A DNA stretch of 32,000 nt from Geotalea daltonii FRC-32. GTDB taxonomy: Bacteria > Desulfobacterota > Desulfuromonadia > Geobacterales > Geobacteraceae. The notes under the pieces are model-generated. The model saw nothing but the letters and a program-made list of their open reading frames with translations, was not told the DNA's origin and did no database searches. Location: assembly GCF_000022265.1 (NCBI RefSeq), contig NC_011979.1, positions 600,001-632,000 on the forward strand, given 5' to 3'. Both the position numbers and the translations under genes were made by a program. This document shows positions 25,444 to 32,000 of the stretch, piece after piece. Each line of letters opens with the position of its first letter. Positions within the stretch are counted from its first letter, which is position 1.

Positions 25444-25815
25444 TCAGGGGAGAAAGTTCCTGACTGTGGTGACGATGCCGGCAGGGGAAAACGGCTTGCT
25501 GATGTAACCGTCGGCACCCGATTCGTCGGTGAGGCGGCGAAGTTCGTCTTCGCTCTTCGACGAGAGGAGCAGGATAGGGATCTGACTGATGAAATCCTTT
25601 TCCTTGAGGAGCTTCACCTTTTTGTTCCCTTCGAGCATGGGCAGCATCACATCCATGATGATGAGGTCAGGCCTGTCGGCAGAAAAAATATAGCCGTTGG
25701 CTTCAAGGCCATTGTGGGCGCAGAATACTTTATAGCCTGCTTCTTCCAGGGCATCACGGGCCATCATCAGCACCAGTTCGCTGTCGTCGACGATAAGTAT
25801 TTTATTCTTTGCCAT
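25444..25815 (-). CDS. cheY: Single-domain response regulator (CheY-like)
   Basis: 123 aa. It has VDDS, the IIMDVMLP phospho-Asp, and conserved S and K (ISKPF). It is the last gene of the che cluster. Confidence 0.8.
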   Translation of the reverse strand: MAKNKILIVDDSELVLMMARDALEEAGYKVFCAHNGLEANGYIFSADRPDLIIMDVMLPMLEGNKKVKLLKEKDFISQIPILLLSSKSEDELRRLTDESGADGYISKPFSPAGIVTTVRNFLP

Positions 25816-25820
25816 GGAGG

Positions 25821-26861
25821 TCAGCTCCTTGCATCAAACAAGCGTGAAATGGTCTGCGGAATATCACCCAGAGGTACGATCATGTCGACGGCATCCATGG
25901 CGATAGCCGCCTTGGGCATGCCGAATACAGCACAGCTCTTTTCATCCTGGGCAATAGTCATACCTCCCTGTTTCCGGATTTGAGTCAGCCCCTCTGCCCC
26001 GTCTTTGCCCATGCCGGACAAAAGAACACCAACGACTGCGCCCCCATGTTCGAGAGCAAGGGATTTAAAGAGCACATCGATTGAAGGGCGGCAGCTGTTG
26101 ACCGGCTGGTCCTTTATCAGTTTTATTTTACCATCTGAAACGGTCATGTGGTAGTTGCTGGGGGCGACCAATGCCGTCCCCGGCAGGAACACATCTCCAT
26201 CCTTGGCCAGGCGGACGGGAATGTTGCTTTCCCGGTTCAGCCATTGGGCAAAGCCATAGGCAAAGCCGCTGGCGATATGCTGGACAATGAAGATGCTGGC
26301 ATCGAAGCCGGCCGGAAGGGACCGAACTATCTTCATGACTGCCTGGGGGCCGCCGGTTGATGCACCGATAGCCAGTATTCGATGGGTTTCCCCCGGTTTG
26401 GATTCCGAAGCGACCATTGCTCGACGTCTGGTCGGAGGCCTGCGGCGGATTACCTTGATCCGGGCCAGCATCCTGACTTTTTCGATGATATCCGAGGTGA
26501 AGCAGGGGGAAATGGTGTCGGTGGTGAAGCCTTCCGGCTTGGCCATGACATCCAGTGCTCCTCTTTTGATGGCGGCAAAGGCGTTGTTGACGTCCCGATC
26601 CCCGAGACTGGCAGAAAGGACCAGGATCGGCGTCGGCGAATGGGCCATGATCTCCTCTATGGCGGTCAAACCGTCCATGATCGGCATCATCAGATCCATC
26701 AGGACCAGGTCCGGCTTCAGCTTCTGTGTGAGTTCAACGGCGGCGGTGCCGTCTGCTGCTTCGCCGACGACGATGATATCGCTGGTCAGCCGGAATATAT
26801 CCTTGATTACCTCCCTGGTCAGGGCGGAATCGTCTGTAATAAGAACTTTTATCATTTTCAA
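25821..26861 (-). CDS. cheB: Chemotaxis protein-glutamate methylesterase/glutaminase CheB (REC + CheB_methylest)
   Basis: An N-terminal receiver, then IGASTGGP, IVQHI and GMGKDGA motifs. Confidence 0.9.
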   Translation of the reverse strand: MKMIKVLITDDSALTREVIKDIFRLTSDIIVVGEAADGTAAVELTQKLKPDLVLMDLMMPIMDGLTAIEEIMAHSPTPILVLSASLGDRDVNNAFAAIKRGALDVMAKPEGFTTDTISPCFTSDIIEKVRMLARIKVIRRRPPTRRRAMVASESKPGETHRILAIGASTGGPQAVMKIVRSLPAGFDASIFIVQHIASGFAYGFAQWLNRESNIPVRLAKDGDVFLPGTALVAPSNYHMTVSDGKIKLIKDQPVNSCRPSIDVLFKSLALEHGGAVVGVLLSGMGKDGAEGLTQIRKQGGMTIAQDEKSCAVFGMPKAAIAMDAVDMIVPLGDIPQTISRLFDARS

Positions 26862-26894
26862 TGGTAATCTTTCATGATCACTGTCAAAACGGCG

Positions 26895-28952
26895 TCAGCC
26901 AACGAAGGCCTCCACCGTTGCCAGCAGATTTCCCTGGTCGAAGCTTCCCTTGACGATGTATGCCTGGGCGCCGGCGTCCATGGCCTCACGTTTGTCTGCA
27001 TCGGTGGCCAGAGAGGAAACAATGATGATCGGCACTTCTCGGTACTTCTCAATGGCACGCAGGCGCCTGGTCAGTTCAAAACCGGTAATGCCCGGCATCA
27101 TAACGTCGGAAATGACCAGATCGTAAGTGGTGCCGGCCACCTTTTCCAGGGCATCTTCGCCGGAGATGGCTATGTCCACATCGTAACCGTGTGCCATCAG
27201 GATGCTGCGCTCCATAGTGCGTGTGGTTATGGAATCATCCACCACCAGGATGCGTGTCTTGACCGCCTTTTCCTCATCTCTGCCGAGCCTTGATGCGAAA
27301 CCGGCAGTAATTCCAACTTCAGCTGCGGTGAAAAGATCGGGAACGTTCAGGATCAGGGCCGGATCGCCGCTACCAAGAATGGTTGCCCCAAAGACGAAAT
27401 GTACGTTTTTCATTTGATTACTCAGAGATTTAACGACAATCCCGGAGCTTTCCAGGGTTGCATCAACAGCGCAGGCCAGATATTGACTCCCCTGTCCCAA
27501 CACCACTACCGTAAGCTTTTCCTCGGGGAAAAACTTACTGGGCTCAGGCAGGCCAAGGAGAGAGGCCAATGATACCAAGGGTATGGAGCTGCCGCGCAGG
27601 GAGATGACTTCTTTGCCGGCCGCGGTGACAATGTCTTCGGCCCTTATTTTCAGCGTCTCCTGGACATAGGAAAGGGGAACTGCAAAACACTCGTCGCTGC
27701 AGAGGATCAGCAGCGCCTCCATCATGGAAAGGGTAAGCGGCAGTTGCAGTGACATTTCGGTGAAGCGTCCCACCTCGCTCCTTATGGTCAGGTTACCTTT
27801 GAGCCGCTCCAGGTTTTTTTTCACCACGCTCATGCCGATGCCGCGCCCCGAGGTGTCGGTGATGAAGTCCCTGGTGGAAAATCCCTCCTCCATGATCAGC
27901 TCGATGACAGCCTTGTCCTCCATGGCTGCAGCTTCTTCCTGGCCCAGCAGACCCTTGCTCACCGCGGTTTTTCTGACCAGAGCCGGATTGATGCCCCGCC
28001 CGTCATCACGGATGACGATGTTGACACCCCCTTCTTCAAGCCTGGCGGCAATTTCTATGGATCCCTTGGGTTTTTTCCCTTCCACAAGTCGCTCTTCGAG
28101 TGTTTCGATGCCATGGTCGATGCAATTCCTTAGAATGTGCAGGATCATCGGTTTGACCGCTTCCAGCAGCACCCGGTCCATTTCGATCTGGGCTCCTGTG
28201 ACGGAAAACTCGATCATTTTGCCGTGCTCCCGGGACAGGTCCCGGATCATGCGTTCGAATCCGTCGGTGATGGTGTGCAAGGGAAGCATGCGCAGGGCCA
28301 GGGCGTCGTCGTGGAGTTCCTGAACCAGGTATGCCAGGTAGAGAACGTCCTCCTCCAGGTCGTTCCGGAATTGGCGCAGTCCCGGGAGGAGAGGGGACTT
28401 TGCGTTGGTGTTGCACAATTCATTCAGCCGGAGGAGACTGCTTTCAAAGCGTTTTTTATTGATGATCAGCTCGCCCAGGCGGTTGATGAGGCTGTCCAGG
28501 ATCTTGACATTGGTCCTTACCGTCTCTTCACTGGCGATTTCATGCTGCAGCTTCTTTTCCACCACCTGGGGATGGATTTCCCCCTGGTCGAAAGCCAGCA
28601 GGAACTGGGGGACGTCGAAGGGAATCTCTTCATTGCTGCTGAAAGCCTTGATAAGACGGGATATGGCATCGGCTCCCTTGAGAAGAATATCTATGATCTG
28701 ATCATCGACCCTTTTCTGTCCCTTTTCTATCTCTTCAAAGAGGTCTTCCATGCGGTGACCGATGGCGCTGATTTCCTCAAGACCAACCAGCTTTGCCGAC
28801 CCCTTGAGAGTGTGGGCATTGCGCATCAGTTCCCTGAGCAGCACCTTGTCGTCCGGAGTCTTTTCCAGGGCAAGAAGCCCCTTCTGCAGCGAGTCCAGAT
28901 GTTCGCGGCCCTCTTTGAAAAATATGGAGAGATATTTGTTCCGGTTGGGCAT
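26895..28952 (-). CDS. cheA: Hybrid chemotaxis histidine kinase CheA with a C-terminal receiver domain
   Basis: HPt (AHTLKGSA), HATPase (DDGRGI, GRGIGM), a CheW-like P5 domain and a terminal REC (ILVVDDS...ISDVMMP). Confidence 0.9.
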   Translation of the reverse strand: MPNRNKYLSIFFKEGREHLDSLQKGLLALEKTPDDKVLLRELMRNAHTLKGSAKLVGLEEISAIGHRMEDLFEEIEKGQKRVDDQIIDILLKGADAISRLIKAFSSNEEIPFDVPQFLLAFDQGEIHPQVVEKKLQHEIASEETVRTNVKILDSLINRLGELIINKKRFESSLLRLNELCNTNAKSPLLPGLRQFRNDLEEDVLYLAYLVQELHDDALALRMLPLHTITDGFERMIRDLSREHGKMIEFSVTGAQIEMDRVLLEAVKPMILHILRNCIDHGIETLEERLVEGKKPKGSIEIAARLEEGGVNIVIRDDGRGINPALVRKTAVSKGLLGQEEAAAMEDKAVIELIMEEGFSTRDFITDTSGRGIGMSVVKKNLERLKGNLTIRSEVGRFTEMSLQLPLTLSMMEALLILCSDECFAVPLSYVQETLKIRAEDIVTAAGKEVISLRGSSIPLVSLASLLGLPEPSKFFPEEKLTVVVLGQGSQYLACAVDATLESSGIVVKSLSNQMKNVHFVFGATILGSGDPALILNVPDLFTAAEVGITAGFASRLGRDEEKAVKTRILVVDDSITTRTMERSILMAHGYDVDIAISGEDALEKVAGTTYDLVISDVMMPGITGFELTRRLRAIEKYREVPIIIVSSLATDADKREAMDAGAQAYIVKGSFDQGNLLATVEAFVG

Positions 28953-30689
28953 CTACGCCTCTTTTTCGCTCAGGTCCCGCAGTTTTTCCGTCTGCTCCAT
29001 GATATCGGAAATGGCCCTTTCCGTTTCATTGGCGCTGGCCGCCACTTGCTGTGCCACATCCCGCACTTCTGTCATTGTTTCGGCCATTTGCTCGCAGGCG
29101 GAGGTCTGCTGCTGGGTGGAAAGTGTTATTTCCTTGGCGGCGCGGGCAGTTTCTTCAACCATGTTGATGATGTTGGTGAATGAGAGCTGGACCTTGTCGA
29201 CCAGTGCCGATGCGTCATCGACCCCTTTGGTTCCCTCTTCCGTGACCATGATGGTGCTGTTGGTCGCTTTTTGAATTTCTTCGATGAGCCCCTTGATCTG
29301 CTTGGTCGCATCCACCGTGCGCTGTGCCAGTCGTTTCACCTCCTGGGCGACGATGGCAAAGCGTTTGCCCGCCTCTCCGGCGCCGGCAGCCTCGATGGCG
29401 GCATTCAGCGCCAGGAGGTTCGTCTGGTCGCTGATCTCATCGATTATTTCCACGATACCGCCGATCTTCTGACTGTTATCACCCAGTTGAAGCATACTTT
29501 CGGCAATGCTCTGCACCTGGGTTTTCAGCACCGCCATACCGTCGATGGCGTTTGTCACGTCGCCGGTGCCGACGGTACAGCTGCGGGTGGTCTCCTCAGC
29601 CATGGATTCCACCGATTTGGCATTATCGGTGATCTGTTTGGCGGTGATGGCTATTTCTTCCGAAGTGGTGGTTACTTCCTGGACGGCGCTCGCCTGCTGG
29701 GTCGCGCCGGAAGATTGCTGGGCGCTGATGGCCATCATTTCGTTGGCTGAGCTGGACAAAAGAATGATTGCTTCCTTGATGGAGGCGATGAGCCGCGCGC
29801 TTTTTTCAATCTCCCCCTTCAGGTTTTTGACGATGACATTGGTCATGGTGTTGAACGCCTCGGCGAGAGTGCCTATCTCGTCGCCGGTCTCAACCGGGAT
29901 CTGTTCGTCCAGATTGCCGTCGGCAATGCGCCGTGCCGCCGCCGTCAGGTTGAGGAGAGGACGCATATAATAGCGGACGACGAAAAAGATGGTGACGCTG
30001 GAAACCAGCAGCATGAGGAACATGGAGCCGATGATCTGAGTCCTCAACTCGGCGATGCGCTTGTCGGTTTTCTCCATGGAGAAGCCGACCCTGAACGCTC
30101 CCCAGTGCTTGCCGTTGACATAGACCGGCGCCGAAATATCCCACATCCGCTCCCCGGTGTCGCGGAAATAAACCTGCTGGAGGAGTTCCTTCTGATTCTT
30201 TGCCGCAAGCATGCCCACTTCGTCATTGAAAATGCGCTTGGTCCGGTTGTTGATCAGGTCCTTTGCCCTGTCGCCGGTCAGCGGCTGGGAGTATTTTGTG
30301 TTATGGGTGGGCAAGTAACTGTTGCGATCAACTGCTGCCGCAAATACCACCTGGTCGTCTTTCAGGTACTCGTCTTCCAGCTCCTGGATGTTTTCGTCGA
30401 GGTATCTGTCGAACCTGGTGTGGAACTTCTGCGGGTAGGTATTGGGAATGGGGACATAATTCTCATCGAATATGTCCGTCTCGGACAAAGTGCCCTGTTT
30501 TATCGCCAGTTCCAGGACTTGCTCTGTCATCTTTGCTCCGGCAAGGGCTTCGATCCTCCCCTTGGAGAGTAGCTCGCCTTCCATGGAGGCGCTCCTCGAT
30601 CTGACGAAGTAGATGGTAAAGAAGGTCATGATGACGACCATTACCAGAATGAGAATTCCGGCAATTTTCAATGACAGGTTGTTAAACAT
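28953..30689 (-). CDS. Methyl-accepting chemotaxis protein with a periplasmic single-Cache-type sensor and HAMP
   Basis: 2 TM segments, a Cache-like region (...[12 protein letters not shown]), HAMP, and the signalling-domain tip [30 protein letters not shown]. Its stop abuts the cheA start (TAGATG). Confidence 0.9.
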   Translation of the reverse strand: MFNNLSLKIAGILILVMVVIMTFFTIYFVRSRSASMEGELLSKGRIEALAGAKMTEQVLELAIKQGTLSETDIFDENYVPIPNTYPQKFHTRFDRYLDENIQELEDEYLKDDQVVFAAAVDRNSYLPTHNTKYSQPLTGDRAKDLINNRTKRIFNDEVGMLAAKNQKELLQQVYFRDTGERMWDISAPVYVNGKHWGAFRVGFSMEKTDKRIAELRTQIIGSMFLMLLVSSVTIFFVVRYYMRPLLNLTAAARRIADGNLDEQIPVETGDEIGTLAEAFNTMTNVIVKNLKGEIEKSARLIASIKEAIILLSSSANEMMAISAQQSSGATQQASAVQEVTTTSEEIAITAKQITDNAKSVESMAEETTRSCTVGTGDVTNAIDGMAVLKTQVQSIAESMLQLGDNSQKIGGIVEIIDEISDQTNLLALNAAIEAAGAGEAGKRFAIVAQEVKRLAQRTVDATKQIKGLIEEIQKATNSTIMVTEEGTKGVDDASALVDKVQLSFTNIINMVEETARAAKEITLSTQQQTSACEQMAETMTEVRDVAQQVAASANETERAISDIMEQTEKLRDLSEKEA

Positions 30690-30733
30690 GGCAACTCCTT
30701 GCAGGCGTTCCGTTAAACGCCGATGATCCTTTT

Positions 30734-31279
30734 TTATTGGTTATTGTCGGCCACAATGTCAGGGGACTGTAAAAGCTTTGCCATGTCCAGCATCATGATC
30801 AGCATGCCGTCAATGTTCAACTGACCGCGGATATACTCCCGCTGTTTCTCATTGAGAGATTTGACCGCAGGCTCAAGGGCGTTCAGTGGCAGTGCCCGCA
30901 CCCCCTCCACCGTTTCGGCGATGATGCCGGTGACAAACTTTTCCGATTTGACGACGACGATCCTGGAGAAAGGAGAAAGGGGGAGCTGGGGCAGGCCAAG
31001 CAGAGGCCTGATATCGATGGCTGCGGTAATCTCGCCACGGAGATTGAAAACGCCGGTGAGGAAGTCCTGAACACGCGGCAGCTTCACCAGCCTGGGGATG
31101 CGGATGACCTCGGAGGCGTAACCTGTTTCGAAGGCGAAGGTCTCACCACCGAGGGTCAGGGTGATAAATTCCTGCTCCTCTTCCCGTGCCTCTTCCACCT
31201 CTGACAGGGCGTGCCAGTACTCGTCCCTCATTTCATTCAGGATAGAGCGGATTTCGTCGGTTCCGTTCTTCACTACCAT
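30734..31279 (-). CDS. cheW: Chemotaxis coupling protein CheW
   Basis: 181 aa. [15 protein letters not shown]...VFNLRGEI is the CheW signature. Confidence 0.9.
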   Translation of the reverse strand: MVVKNGTDEIRSILNEMRDEYWHALSEVEEAREEEQEFITLTLGGETFAFETGYASEVIRIPRLVKLPRVQDFLTGVFNLRGEITAAIDIRPLLGLPQLPLSPFSRIVVVKSEKFVTGIIAETVEGVRALPLNALEPAVKSLNEKQREYIRGQLNIDGMLIMMLDMAKLLQSPDIVADNNQ

Positions 31280-31292
31280 GTCGCTTCCCTTC

Positions 31293-32000
31293 TTAATCTG
31301 CCTTTGCCAATTCTTTATTCAACTGATCCATGAACAGCTCCCTTGTCAGGCCGCCGGAATAGGGAATGGCCGCTTTGGCTTTCAGCCCGGCCACAATCCG
31401 TAGTGAATTATTCAGCTCCCTGAGCCGTTCCTTTTTTCTGCCCAGCCGTGCATAGAGCTGTGCCAGCTGGTAATGGGCCATGACGAAGTCATGTTGCAGG
31501 AGGATCGCCTTGCGGTATTCCTCACCGGCCTCCGGCAAGCGGTCGGTCATCTCATATACAAGTCCCTTGAGGAAATATGCCTCCGGCAGCAGGTCGTCGG
31601 TCTTCAATGCAGCTTCGCACGCTGCAAGTGCCTCAGTGAAACGCCCGTCATTGGCCAGAGTAAAACCATAGAGAATGAGGGCTCCGGTATGATCAGGACG
31701 ATGTTGCAGTATATCCTGCAAAAGTCTGGCTGTCTCGGAGAAATTTTCCTCCCTGAAGAGTTCTTGGGCATGTAGATGGAGCCTCTCCCAGTCAACAGCC
31801 TGCGGGGATGCCGGTGCAGGTGCAGTGGTATTTACCGGTGCCGGGGTTTGCTCTTGCCGGCTCTTTGCTTTTGCCGGTGCAGGTTGCCGGGGAGGAGCAG
31901 GTTCGGTTGGAATCCCGTTTTTTGCCGTTTTCTTCCGGTAGTAGAAGCTGCCGTCATGGCTTTGTCTTTCGAAGCGGCTCGATATCTGGGCCATGGTCTC
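31293..32000 (-). CDS. cheR: 3' part of a CheR methyltransferase-TPR fusion gene (5' end outside the window)
   Basis: The frame is open to the window edge. ...ETMAQISSRFERQSHDGSFYYRKK aligns with the CheR C-terminus (E. coli ...SENFSNLVREFSLRGQTVYALSK). A Pro/Ala linker and TPR repeats follow. Confidence 0.7.
   Translation of the reverse strand, partial: ETMAQISSRFERQSHDGSFYYRKKTAKNGIPTEPAPPRQPAPAKAKSRQEQTPAPVNTTAPAPASPQAVDWERLHLHAQELFREENFSETARLLQDILQHRPDHTGALILYGFTLANDGRFTEALAACEAALKTDDLLPEAYFLKGLVYEMTDRLPEAGEEYRKAILLQHDFVMAHYQLAQLYARLGRKKERLRELNNSLRIVAGLKAKAAIPYSGGLTRELFMDQLNKELAKAD

Noticed and set aside
26858-27058. 66-aa ORF overlapping the cheA 3' end and the cheB start
   Set aside because: It is in an alternative frame inside cheA, with no SD. 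It is an artefact of dense operon packing.

Overview
Chromosomal window from a moderately GC-rich, Geobacter-like (Desulfuromonadales/Geobacterales-type) genome. The gene content fits that group: several sigma-54 activators, a che cluster and anaerobic B12 genes. The left ~2.8 kb is a small scar or accessory zone. It holds an exact >=167-bp duplication of part of a flavoprotein gene that brackets a repeat-dense 553-bp stretch, a divergent ArsR regulator, an IS200/RAYT-type transposase remnant, and a HigB/HigA-like toxin-antitoxin pair. Core genes follow. On the minus strand are glgP preceded by a histidine kinase and an NtrC-type regulator, then an HDOD protein; engB is on the plus strand. A cobalamin riboswitch controls cobU-cobT-cobS-cobC-cbiA plus a ThiC paralogue best read as the anaerobic benzimidazole synthase BzaF, and cbiMNQO follows. 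Next come a secreted transglutaminase-like protein and a sigma-54 activator whose sensor is a ferredoxin plus [FeFe]-hydrogenase-like module. Immediately downstream of that activator is a well-spaced sigma-54 promoter driving a 61-aa ribbon-helix-helix protein. The window ends with cysS and a cheR(TPR)-cheW-mcp-cheA(REC)-cheB-cheY cluster that runs off the right edge. No rRNA, tRNA or CRISPR array was seen. The best candidates for something undescribed are: (1) the hydrogenase-like sigma-54 activator with its palindromic site, sigma-54 promoter and RHH target; (2) the phased CACGAAT heptamer array in front of cbiM; (3) the repeat or iteron-like block at 177-507 inside the duplication. All coordinates and motifs were read by eye from the sequence and ORF track. 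No database search was run.
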